In this document: positions 27,720-39,155 of the stretch, piece by piece
Position numbering within the stretch: position 1 is the first letter of the stretch
Layout of the letters: each line of letters begins with the position of its first letter
DNA from: Eledone cirrhosa
Taxonomy: Eukaryota
NCBI GenBank assembly: GCA_964016885.1
Contig: OZ024741.1
Location: 320,726,001 to 320,790,000, forward strand
DNA length: 64,000 nt
Direction of reading: 5' to 3'
Notes under the pieces: generated by a model
Database searches by the model: none
Seen by the model: only the letters and a program-made list of their open reading frames with translations
Told to the model about the DNA's origin: nothing
Position numbers and translations under genes: made by a program

Positions 27720-27806
27720 ATGGCCCTTGCTGATCAGTTTCGCTTTCTAAAACCTCATAAATTCGATGGATTTCTGATGGAAAACCAAAGCTCATCAGAG
27801 AAGCAT
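27720..27806 (-). ncRNA. Hammerhead motif in the inverted copy (cleavage triplet mutated to GCA)
   Basis: Reverse complement of the unit hammerhead, with a U16.1 to C change. Confidence 0.65.
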
Positions 27807-27849
27807 TTTCCTTTGTCGTTCCTGGGACGTTTAGCCCTAGGAAAGGAAA

Positions 27850-27936
27850 ATGCTTCTCTGATGAGCTTTGGTCTTCCATCAGAAATCCATCAGATTTATG
27901 AGGTTTTACAAAGCGAAACTCATCAGTAAGGGCCAT
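27850..27936 (+). ncRNA. Type I hammerhead ribozyme, unit 1
   Basis: atgcttct CTGATGA gctttg..caaagc GAAA ctcatcag TA agggccat. Confidence 0.8.
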
Positions 27937-28337
27937 TAGAAGAGGTAAATATTTATATTATATTTTTTAATGTATTTTAAAAAATTGGTTGAATTTTACT
28001 TGTTCTGCTTATCTTGATATTAAAGTTCTGGTGTATCAAATTAATACCATTGAACAACCTTGAATCATAGACAACCTATGTATTTCTAGGGGTACCTAGT
28101 ATCCTTGGACATATTAACTACATTCATTATCCTCCATTAAGTTGAGAACAAATCTGTTGTTCTATTTAGCTGCTATTTTTTTTAGTAGTAATTGTAGACA
28201 GCAAGTCTATGATTTTCCCGCTTTTACTTCGGTCCAGTTTACATACGGGTCACTTTTACGACCTTTCAGACCCATATTAGCTGGCAGGAGGTCATATATT
28301 TTGTCGTTCCTGGGACGTTTAGCCCTATGAAAGGAAA

Positions 28338-28424
28338 ATGCTTCTCTGATGAGCTTTGGTTTTCCATCATAAATCCATCGGATTTATGAGGTTTTACAAA
28401 GCGAAACTGATCAGTAAGGGCCAT
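28338..28424 (+). ncRNA. Type I hammerhead ribozyme, unit 2
   Basis: atgcttct CTGATGA gctttg..tcataaatcc atc ggatttatga..caaagc GAAA ctgatcag TA agggccat; palindromic stem III; GUA site. Confidence 0.88.
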
Positions 28425-28825
28425 TAGAAGAGGTAAATATTTATATTATATTTTTTAATGTATTTTAAAAAATTGGTTGAATTTTACTTGTTCTGCTTAT
28501 CTTGATATTAAAGTACTGGTGTATCAAATTAATACCATTGAACAACCTTGAATCATAGACAACCTATGTATTTCTAGGGGTACCTAGTATCCTTGGACAT
28601 ATTAACTACATTCATTATCCTCCATTAAGTTGAGAACAAATCTGTTGTTCTATTTAGCTGCTATTTTTTTTAGTAGTAATTGTAGACAGCAAGTCTATGA
28701 TTTTCCCGCTTTTACTTCGGTCCAGTTTACATACGGGTCACTTTTACGACCTTTCAGACCCATATTAGCTTGCAGGAGGTCATATATTTTGTCGTTCCTG
28801 GGACGTTTAGCCCTATGAAAGGAAA

Positions 28826-28912
28826 ATGCTTCTCTGATGAGCTTTGGTTTTCCATCATAAATCCATCGGATTTATGAGGTTTTACAAAGCGAAACTGATC
28901 AGTAAGGGCCAT
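28826..28912 (+). ncRNA. Type I hammerhead ribozyme, unit 3
   Basis: Same as unit 2. Confidence 0.88.
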
Positions 28913-29098
28913 TAGAAGAGGTAAATATTTATATTATATTTTTTAATGTATTTTAAAAAATTGGTTGAATTTTACTTGTTCTGCTTATCTTGATATTAAA
29001 GTACTGGTGTATCAAATTAATACCATTGAACAACCTTGAATCATAGACAACCTATGTATTTCTAGGGGTACCTAGTATCCTTGGACATATTAACTTCA

Positions 29099-29143
<45 letters not shown>

Positions 29144-29183
29144 GATTTTAACAAATGGAAACTATATTTATAAGACCATATTT

Positions 29184-29246
29184 ATTTCATTATACATATT
29201 TTAAGGACACCAAGTTAAATTATGGTGTGCTTTCATCAGATAAAAT
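29184..29246 (-). ncRNA. Hammerhead motif (G12 to A), related to 41192
   Basis: attttat CTGATGA aag c acacca..tggtgt c ctt AAAA tatgta TA atgaaat. Confidence 0.65.
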
Positions 29247-30266
29247 ATAATATAGAGCAGTTTTATAAATAAATATTGACATACACTTAAAGAATGCAAC
29301 CATTACTCTTGGAAGCTCCCGGATAGTGGAGTTATATCTTTAATTATACTATTAGGTAAGTTAGTATTGGATATTTTAAAATAAGCCGTTGGGTTATGGA
29401 GAAAGAGAAAGAGAGAGAGAGCAGAACAACAGAGAGAAAAAGAGAGAGAGAGAGAGAGGAGAAAAAGAAAGGAGAGAGAGCGAAAACTCTAAGTCATATC
29501 TTGTTGAGTTATTTTAATATTTGAGATGAAATGAATAAATAAAATTAGAAATGTTAATAATCATGAATGGAAGATATATATATAATATGAGAAAGTTAAC
29601 CATTGTTTAAATATGATTACATGTTTAGTTAATCAGTTAAAATATTGAGATCAATACATTAAAAATTGAGATCTATACATTAAGAAATCTATATATTATT
29701 ATTAAGACTATATTATTAAAAATCTATATATTATATAATACATATACACACGCAAAAATACATACATATAAATATATATACACACGTATAAAAATATAAT
29801 ATACATATCTAACTACGTATATAATATATACATACAAAATATAAAGGATTTTTTAATTTAAGATATAGGAATCTTATCAATGTAATATCAAAGCAGTATC
29901 CAATTACTCCAATTAATTGTTGAGTGCTTTATATCAGTTATAAAAATATTTGCTTGTTGTATCCCAACAATTTAAATAGAACTTTTACATATATATATAT
30001 ATAACTTTTATATATATATATATATAATATATTTAGAAACACACAGATACATGCGGACACACACATATATACATGAATGCATCCGCACCCAACTGTGAGT
30101 TAAGGGTGCCAACTTCACCGATGTTGCTCAATGAATAACCGGGACAGACCAATTCAGTTGAACTAGACTGAACCAGTATCAGAGTTAAAAATACATTATG
30201 AAGAGAGAAGAAACATTTAGATATAATTAGTAATAAAATGTATCATACCTAAACTGCTCCTAAATT

Positions 30267-30354
30267 CCTCGACTACGTAGTTTCGTGGCATAAACAAAAA
30301 CAATATATTATAAAGATATAGAGTCCCTGCGAGGTCTGCCGACTTATCAAGAGG
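30267..30354 (-). ncRNA. Type I hammerhead with U3-A8 core, inverted copy
   Basis: Reverse complement of 30860-30947. Confidence 0.8.
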
Positions 30355-30859
30355 ATACCTCATTTTACTAGTCTCAAGAACGCGTCTACACGACGTGAGA
30401 AAGAATCCCAAAAGGCGGAGGGGGAGATAGTCATGCGATATAACGGTCGAGAAACAGAGCTAAGCCTCTTATAACCACGAAGAAAATACCACAGAGGCGG
30501 AGGGGGTATTCATATCGAGGCCGCAGAAGAGGTGGTGAAGAAGGCTACAAGTATGAGTAATGGAAGCTTTCCAGTTGTCCCCACACCTCAAAGATTGCTC
30601 GACCAGAGGGAGTTATTAACAATATATTTAGAAACACACAGATACATGCGGACACACACATATATACATGAATGCATCCGCACCCAACTGCGGCCTCGAT
30701 ATGAATACCCCCTCCGCCTCTGTGGTATTTTCTTCGTGGTTATAAGAGGCTTAGCTCTGTTTCTCGACCGTTATATCGCGTGACTATCTCCCCCTCCGCC
30801 TTTTGGGATTCTTTCTCACGTCGCGTAGACGCGTTCTTGAGACTAGTAAAATGAGGTAT

Positions 30860-30947
30860 CCTCTTGATAAGTCGGCAGACCTCGCAGGGACTCTATATCT
30901 TTATGATATATTGTTTTTGTTTATGCCACGAAACTACGTAGTCGAGG
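30860..30947 (+). ncRNA. Type I hammerhead with U3-A8 covariant core and long stem II insert
   Basis: cctc TTGATAA gt(c)ggca..tgccac GAAA ctacgtag TC gagg; palindromic stem III; GUC site. Confidence 0.8.
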
Positions 30948-31033
30948 AATTTAGGAGCAGTTTAGGTATGATACATTTTATTACTAATTATATCTAAATG
31001 TTTCTTCTCTCTTCATAATGTATATATATATAT

Positions 31034-31095
<62 letters not shown>

Positions 31096-31303
31096 ATATA
31101 TTAATTTATTTATTTATTTATATGTAAGCACCTATGTATATATCTATATGTAGTCTCCACCACCTCCCACTTTTTGCCATTTCTTTTATTAATCATTTAA
31201 TATTATTTGGCTCTATGTCAATTAAGATTAAATTTATTCTTTTGCTACATGTTTTGATAGTTTATACTATATATCATATTATATTACATTATATCTTATT
31301 CTT

Positions 31304-31493
31304 GGCGGTGGATTGGCAGTATCGGTAGAGGGTCGGACGCCATGATTTGACGCATAGAGTTACGGCCCTTGCCATTCTGAGTTCAAATCCCGCCGAGGTT
31401 AACTTTGCCTTTCATCCTTACGGGTTCGATAAAATAAAGTACCAGTAATGTACTGGGTAATTTCTGGCCTTGTGCCAATAGTAGAAACAATTA
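31304..31493 (+). mobile_element. tRNA-derived SINE
   Basis: Same family as 1637-1824. Confidence 0.85.
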
Positions 31494-33114
31494 TATCTTA
31501 TTCTATATTATATTACATTTGCAATATAATATACTTCTTTTCCTTGCATTCATCGCTCTAATCAACTCCCATTAACTATATAATCTTTTCGCTGAGAAAT
31601 CAAGTTTTTATCAACTTATCTCTATACAGGCTTCATATTTAATCATTGTTTGAAAGGGATATGCGAATTGATGACGTTTATATTTAATATGCATCCCCCA
31701 TATTCTCTCCCCCTTTTAAATCATGCCTCATTTTTATATAGTCACGTTGTCTCTTTTATTTATTCGTGTTGGATATCAAATTATGGTAACAGGTTTTAGA
31801 TATTAAAACAGATAAATAATGTTTTTCGTTTACAACAGATACTTTGGATTGGCCCTATTTATCGCCTGAAATATTTCATGTGCTTTCTTTCTCTCATACG
31901 CCTCCATACCCACCACCACATCCTATTTGCATTTAATCATTTGTTGTTTCCTTGTATTTTGTGTCCAATGTTATCCGTGTAATGATCATGAACAATAATT
32001 GTTTTACCGTTCATTCAATAGCTCTCCATTTGAAACTTTTGATTCATGGATTATTTCAATTATCTTAGATAGTTCTATCGGTTTGCTGTCTTTACGTCAC
32101 GTTTCTCTATATATTCTCACACATTGTGCCGTAATTTACTCTTTATCTACAACAGCTATATTATAAAATATGCTAACTTCGCGGCTTCTTGCTAGTCAGA
32201 AGGCCTTTGTTCACAAACAGGGAGTTGCTGTGTTTATTGTTACACCTTAGGAGTATTATTATGGCTTTCTAGTCTTCTACTTGGTACATAATTGTAGGTA
32301 ATTTTATAGAAAGGCGGTGGATTGCCATAGCAGGTAGATAATAGGGAAAACTATTACTTTTCTTTATATTCTGTGTACAAATCTTGCCAAGATTGACTTC
32401 GTATTTCATTTTTCTAATGTCAATAACATTAAGTATGCGTTAAGTATTTCGTTGATTTAAACGACCTCTTACCCAAAGTTGGTATCCTATATCTAACTTA
32501 TAAATTAAAATTTTATAATCGTAAGCACTGTAAAGGGAGAAGGTGAACCGATCAGCATCTTAATTATATGTAAGTTTATTTTACCATGTGTTCACTGCAA
32601 CAACCGAAAAGTAGATACATTTCTCATTGCGTATCTCCATTTAATTTTTATTCTATTCAAAAGTGGGAGTTATCTACCTTATAACATGTGACAAGAATTG
32701 TCGTTAACGCTAATATTGTTTTCCCTGTTCAATTATTTTTGCCATACTACAATAAGTATGTTATTATTATCATCACAGAATTTTTTCTGACCCGGCAATT
32801 GCTCTGTTTAATCAGTTCCTGATTGTTACTGGAATTCTATAAGAATCTAGCTTCTATAATTTTCAGCGAAGGCAAGGGAGTGTGTGGTTTTGATAAACGC
32901 CAACCAACGAGAAACAGTCTGTCAATCACTTTCCCTTTGTTATCACCGAAAATAGGTAAGTGACGTAGTTACTACATTAAAACTCATAGCGAATGGTCTT
33001 CTAAATGTTTTTAATTAACCATACAGTATATTGCCAAATGTACTATACATACATCCATGTATACATCACTATTTCAGAGCACCAATACTTATATATCTAT
33101 CTCTCTATATATAT

Positions 33115-33442
33115 ATGGGATAACAAATTATGGTTATAGGTAATCCAGTTTGTGGATAGTTTTAACGTACGGCGTTGTTTGACACAACAAGTGGTTTCCT
33201 TAGTTAGGTTGCGAGTTCTCGGGAATTCCTATGCAGGTTAATCTTGGAGTAATAATAGTGAAAGAGTGAAGAATAACATGGTCATCATCCGATGATTTGA
33301 TTAGGCATACATTGTATTTAAAATTGAGTGACACAACTTCAAGTGATTAGCAATTTTTAGACAATCTAATCAATGAAACAATTGTTAATTGTAAATAAAA
33401 TCCTTTTTGTACTGTTGACCATGTTATTCTTCACTCTTTCAG
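33115..33442 (+). mobile_element. pLTR-like cassette with degenerate hammerhead (about 33283-33391) and short inverted end
   Basis: CCGATGA t ttgattag..ctaatcaa t GAAA caattg TT; stem I decayed; 33416-33441 inverts 33259-33284. Confidence 0.55.
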
Positions 33443-33469
33443 TATATATATATATATATATTTACAAAA

Positions 33470-34625
33470 AAAATACATCAAAATTTTTCTGAAGAGTTTT
33501 CTCAGATTGCTAGAAATTTTCTTTAAAGTTTTATCGATGTTTTCGAAAATATTTCACCAAAATTTCTCGCAAAACTGTCTGCAATTTTCTTAAAATCTCT
33601 TCTCAAAGTTTTCCTCAAAATTTACTAAAAACATTTGGCCAAAATTTTATAAACAAATTTTCCACACAAATTTCACCAGATGTTTTCCTCAAATGTTTAC
33701 GAATATTTAAAGCGTTTCTTCAAAAATATTCCTCAAATATTTTAGAAAATTAAAAAAACATTTCTTTCAAAATGTTTCGAAACTTTCTCAAACATCTCAT
33801 CAAAATGTTTCTAGAATGTCTGAAATGTTTTCTCAAAAGTTGTCTTCGAAATTTTCTTTAAAGTTTTATCAAAATGTTTTCGAAAAATATCACCAAAATT
33901 TCTCACGGAATTTTCTTTAATGTTTTCAAAACCTTTTCTCAATATTTTCCTCAAAGTATACTAAAAATACTTTGCTAAAATTTTATAAAACATTCATCAC
34001 ATATTATCTCAAGCATTTTTCAACAAAATTTCATCAAAAGATTTCCTCAAAAATGTTTTTAAACATTTAAAGCGTTTCCTAACAAATATTCCTAAAATAT
34101 TTTTTAAAACTCTTTTAAACATTTCTCTAAAACGTTTTCGAAACTTTTACCAAAAATTACATCAAAGTTTTTCTGAAAGGTTTTCTCAAAAGTTTTCCTC
34201 GAAATTTTCTTTAAAGTTTTATAGAAATGTTTTCGAAAAAATTTCACCAAAATGTCTCGCAAAATTTTCTGCATTCCTTTCAAAATTTTTTCTCAAAATT
34301 TTCTTCAAACTTTACAAAAAGAATTTGGCCAAAATTTTATAAAACTTTCGATATATATACTATCAAACTGATATTTAAATAGTTTTCTAAGGTTTTACTG
34401 CAAATTTTCTCAAATATTTTCCCAAACATTTCAAAGATATCCAACCCCATTACACATTTTCTTGAAAAGATTTTCAAATATATTCTTTTACTTTTTATCA
34501 AAATGATTTCGAAAACTTTTCGCTAAAAATTCTTTCAAATATTTCCCCAGATATTTCTTAATATTTTCTCAAAAGTTTCGTCTAAGTTTTTCTTTTTAAA
34601 AATTGGCCAAAGTTTTATAAATAAT
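33470..34625. repeat. Degenerate A/T-tract satellite with a period of about 340-350 bp
   Basis: gaaattttctttaaagttttat recurs at about 33513, 33848 and 34201. Confidence 0.75.
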
Positions 34626-34731
34626 TTCAACAACTATTCTCTCCAGATTATTAATAAAATGTTAGTATTGAGTACTCTGCTGCGTTATGGTCCATCTGGT
34701 TCCTTACCATACCTCCTTCGTTATATATATG

Positions 34732-34813
<82 letters not shown>

Positions 34814-34981
34814 TATATATATATAAAATATATAATAAATATGGTTTTATAAATATAGTTTCCATTTATTTAATATCATTGAATACTTACTCCAGAAATC
34901 TATCGAGTGCTTGCTCTGAATCAGTTATAAACATCTATATTTGTTGGATTGCCAACAAATTAAATATATCTTCTACATATA

Positions 34982-35019
<38 letters not shown>

Positions 35020-35183
35020 AATTAAAATACTAGAGTGCGTTGGAGTAAAACACACTCGTCGTATTATAGAAATGACAGTATAAGATATAGCTCAATGTAA
35101 TACAACAGAGCCGAAAAATTATAAAAATTATAAAATTATAAAAATAAACAAAGAAGCCTTTAATACATCAAAAGTCTTTATTA

Positions 35184-35224
35184 GCCTACAATGTTTCGTC
35201 CCATTAATAAGGACTCATCAGGGC
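35184..35224 (-). ncRNA. Minimal type I hammerhead ribozyme
   Basis: gcc CTGATGA gtcc ttattaatg ggac GAAA cattg TA ggc; fully canonical core. Confidence 0.9.
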
Positions 35225-36195
35225 AAGTAAATTGACAAGAAGCATTAACGGCCAGAACAAGCCAAAACTCAGAAGAAAAAGCATGCTAAAGCTAAAAGCG
35301 TGCAGTTACAAATATAGACTATAGGGCAAGAAAGCGAGTAATATGTCAAACCTACGTTGAAAGTACAGTATAAGACAAATACATTAAATACAACATGGTA
35401 ATATAATGTGAGAAATACAATATGTTATAGAATATAATATAATGGATAAAAATAAATAAAAAGCTTAATATATGTATATATATATATATATCCATATTTA
35501 TACACATTTACACAAACACATACTAACACTTATTAAGTATTTAAATATAAATATACCCTTTATAATATAAAATCACCCTGACGGTGTGCATAAACTATAC
35601 AAAAAAAAACAAAAAAAAACAAAAAAAACAATAGAATAATATACTGACATCAAAAAACACACAAAACTACATCATACATATCATTTGATGTCAACAAATT
35701 GTATATAAAGTTTTTCAAGGGTAAGAAAAAAATATATAAAACTAAAGTTATGTTGAAAAAACATATAAATACATAAAGTATTGACAATAAATATTTATAG
35801 AGGTATATGCAGTTTACATTAAAAAAATATTACAAAATATTACAAAATATTACAAAACAGTACCTCAAATATCTGACATATATTAATACCTATAACTCAA
35901 TTACATAGAAATAATATGATATATCAATGCTAATATTATAATAATTATAAATAACATAATATAATAGCAGACAGACAGAGTCAATGGAAAATGTTTAAGA
36001 TATATTTACGCGGTTAATATAGGGAGACATATTATGATGCAATGCAGAAAATATAAATATGACAGACAGCAAGTGGTAGTAAAGAAATAATGATGATGAT
36101 GATAGGAAGACAGACAGCATGTGGTAGTAAGAAAATAAATAAAAATAAATAAAATAAAACGAAGAACAAAAACAAAAAACAAAAACAAAAACAAA

Positions 36196-37734
36196 ATGGG
36201 TTCGAGTGATTCGGCGCAGGTAACTGATCTTGTTGGGCTGTTCTTCTTGAACGAACTATATGCTAGATTTCCGCACCTTAAAGGTGGACTTTATCGTGAC
36301 GATGCATTATTTGTGATAAACTCTAGCACTAATAACATTGAGCATAATAAGAAGAAGCTATATAAATTTTTAAAAAATGTTAACCTTTCGATCACGATTG
36401 ATAAGAATGATAGAGCAGTCAACTTTTTAGATGTGACATTAGACTTGGTCACTAATAGTTATAAACCCTTCCACAAACCTAATGAGACACTCTCTTACGT
36501 TAACCCTAATTCCAACCACCCTAAATCTATGATTAGTTCTATAATTAATGGTGTATCTAATAGAATCTCCACACTCTCTAAGGATATAGGAATCTTTAAT
36601 TCACATGCAGAGTATTATAATAATGCCCTAGCTAACTCTGGTTACTCTGGTAAAATACATTATAAGGAGGACAACTTTGGAATGACTCCGATTACCCATA
36701 ATAACGTAATATTCCATAATATGGCCTTGAATGGGAGAAGAAAATATAGGAATCATAGAAATCTTATAGATATATCCAAACCGAACCCTAAGTTTAGCTA
36801 CCGAAATAGTAGTCGAAATAGTGAGTCTAACGGTACGCATTTCGAGATTGGTTCTAGGGAAGAGGATAGGCGCTCTGAACGTTCACCCAGTGGTAATGTT
36901 TTAACTGTTTCTAATAGTGTTAATTCAACTGTTCCTCGTATTAACCCTGATCCTATTAATAGGATACCAGATTACGGTAGAGATAGTAAACGTAGGAATA
37001 GGAGGAGACTCAATACTTACTTTAACCCGCCTTTTGAAGTATTAACTAATATCCCTAGGTCTTTCTTTTCTATTTTAGAGAAAAATTTCCCTCCTACTAA
37101 TAAATATCATGGTATCTTTAATAAAAATGTAATTAAACTCTCCTTCTATACCACCCCTAACATTAATTCTCATCTAGCTAGCACTAACAATAGGAAAATT
37201 AGGGATAGCTACTTCTCTTTGCGTACTGCTAATCTTGATAGCTCTATTGATAACTTACCGCCCGAGCAGATCGTATCTTATAATAACCCTAGGAATAATG
37301 CATCGCGTAATCAGCTAGTCACTAGTACCCGGAAGTGTAACTGTAGATTAAGTAATAACTGCCCTTTAAATGGTCACTGCCTCTCTAGGAACATTGTTTA
37401 TGCATGTGAAGTTAAGACTAATTCTTCTTGTAGCACATATATAGGCTCCACATCGAATACTTTTAAAACTAGGTTTAATTCACATATTTCTAATTTTAAG
37501 CATATCAAGTTTAAGAACTCGACTTCTTTGGCACACCATATCTGGGATTTAAAAGGGGCTGGTATACCATATAGCCTAAATTGGCGAATTGTAGCACACT
37601 CTAATCACCTATCAACACACACTAAATTCTGTAATCTTTGTATCCTAGAGACCCACTCTATAATTTTCTCTAGGAACACATTGCTTATAATAGAAAATCT
37701 GAGATATATTCTTCCTGTCCGTTGCCATTTCTAA
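36196..37734 (+). CDS. Penelope-like RT (C-terminal half) plus GIY-YIG endonuclease, 5'-truncated, 512 aa open
   Basis: [50 protein letters not shown] and CNLC..E motifs. Confidence 0.9.
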   Translation: MGSSDSAQVTDLVGLFFLNELYARFPHLKGGLYRDDALFVINSSTNNIEHNKKKLYKFLKNVNLSITIDKNDRAVNFLDVTLDLVTNSYKPFHKPNETLSYVNPNSNHPKSMISSIINGVSNRISTLSKDIGIFNSHAEYYNNALANSGYSGKIHYKEDNFGMTPITHNNVIFHNMALNGRRKYRNHRNLIDISKPNPKFSYRNSSRNSESNGTHFEIGSREEDRRSERSPSGNVLTVSNSVNSTVPRINPDPINRIPDYGRDSKRRNRRRLNTYFNPPFEVLTNIPRSFFSILEKNFPPTNKYHGIFNKNVIKLSFYTTPNINSHLASTNNRKIRDSYFSLRTANLDSSIDNLPPEQIVSYNNPRNNASRNQLVTSTRKCNCRLSNNCPLNGHCLSRNIVYACEVKTNSSCSTYIGSTSNTFKTRFNSHISNFKHIKFKNSTSLAHHIWDLKGAGIPYSLNWRIVAHSNHLSTHTKFCNLCILETHSIIFSRNTLLIIENLRYILPVRCHF

Positions 37735-37794
37735 TTCTTTCTTCTATTATAGACCTAAGACTTTTGATGTATTAAAGGCTTCTTTGTTTATTTT

Positions 37795-37988
<194 letters not shown>

Positions 37989-38465
37989 GTATATATATAT
38001 ATCATGTATTGTTTTTTGGCGGTAATTCTCCTTCCTCTTTTTTTGAGACAGTATGAGAATTTTTTTAATACTGCTGGGCTAGCAACCTACCAGCTACCTC
38101 AAGCACTGATGGTGATTATCGCTAAATATTGATGTTGATTTGACTATCAATATTAATGTTATTGCGCACCCACTAAAGAATTATAAGAGCCCACTTGAAT
38201 AAGTATCTGTTGATCTTATACAAGCTTCTACATAAATTAGTATAATTTCACCTAACTTGTAGGAATCTTATAATGAAACGAGACGTCCGTCTGGGAAGAG
38301 ATATATTTGATATATCTCATATGAAATGATACAGCCAATTTTCCACAAAATACAATTAGTTAGCACCACGAGCGTTTAATTAGGAATATACTCACTTATT
38401 TCCTAATGTTTGTTAAGTGAGTTGGGATTTGGCCGGAGTATCGCTATTAGCTTTCTCCGATAATG

Positions 38466-38552
<87 letters not shown>

Positions 38553-38592
38553 TGTATATAATATATATATATAATATATATTAATATATAAT

Positions 38593-38651
<59 letters not shown>

Positions 38652-38681
38652 AGTGGTTACATAACAGTTAGTTCACCATAC

Positions 38682-38719
38682 CGAGAACAATTATTTAACC
38701 TTAGCAGATCCTCAGCTCG
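38682..38719 (-). ncRNA. Hammerhead motif (GAAA to TAAA), inverted copy
   Basis: cgag CTGAGGA tctgctaaggt TAAA taattg TT ctcg. Confidence 0.6.
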
Positions 38720-38738
38720 TAATGCATTACGAGCATTA

Positions 38739-38776
38739 CGAGCTGAGGATCCGCTAAGGTGAAACAATTGTTCTCA
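38739..38776 (+). ncRNA. Minimal type I hammerhead ribozyme
   Basis: gag CTGAGGA t cc gctaa gg t GAAA caattg TT ctc; palindromic stem III. Confidence 0.8.
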
Positions 38777-38928
38777 GTATGGTGAATTAACTGTTGTGTA
38801 ACCACTTCTACCTAACTCGTCCCATGGACTGAGTGCTCTACCACTACGGATATTACCTTCCAGTGTTCTACCACTATATATAAAATATATATAAAATATA
38901 TATATATAATATATATAATATATATATA

Positions 38929-39116
38929 CTAGCTGGCCCGTCTGGCTGGCTTCCGGCTAGGTATACCTGCCCCCCACCACTCCACTGCAAAGATACCACA
39001 CACCCCCCCGTGTCACATTGTCCTTCCGACAGCTTTACTGTCTCTGTCTCTCATCACTCTCTATATGTGACAACACTGTTTTAGTTTCCGTATCTCCATT
39101 CAATATATACACACAC

Positions 39117-39155
<39 letters not shown>

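Larger units (their letters stand above)
27640..29102 (+). mobile_element. Retrozyme/pLTR-like array: 488-bp tandem unit x2.6 with an inverted partial copy in front
   Basis: Unit starts at 27812, 28300 and 28788; about 27640-27813 is the reverse complement of about 27842-28016; one hammerhead per unit; (TA)n on both sides. Confidence 0.85.
30024..31023. mobile_element. pLTR/retrozyme-like cassette with near-identical inverted arms of about 336 bp
   Basis: 30191-30526 is the reverse complement of 30688-31023; about 30024-30094 is directly repeated at about 30621-30690; a hammerhead in each arm. Confidence 0.85.
38649..38875. mobile_element. Fold-back pLTR-like cassette with two divergent hammerheads
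   Basis: 38648-38726 is the reverse complement of 38733-38811; lies inside (TA)n. Confidence 0.8.

Noticed and set aside
27664-28818. Repeated short ORFs (MALTDEF.., MRTNLLF..), and likewise MGFFLTS.. at 30217 and 30803
   Set aside because: They recur only because the DNA is duplicated; no domain similarity, and the RNA structure explains the conserved part
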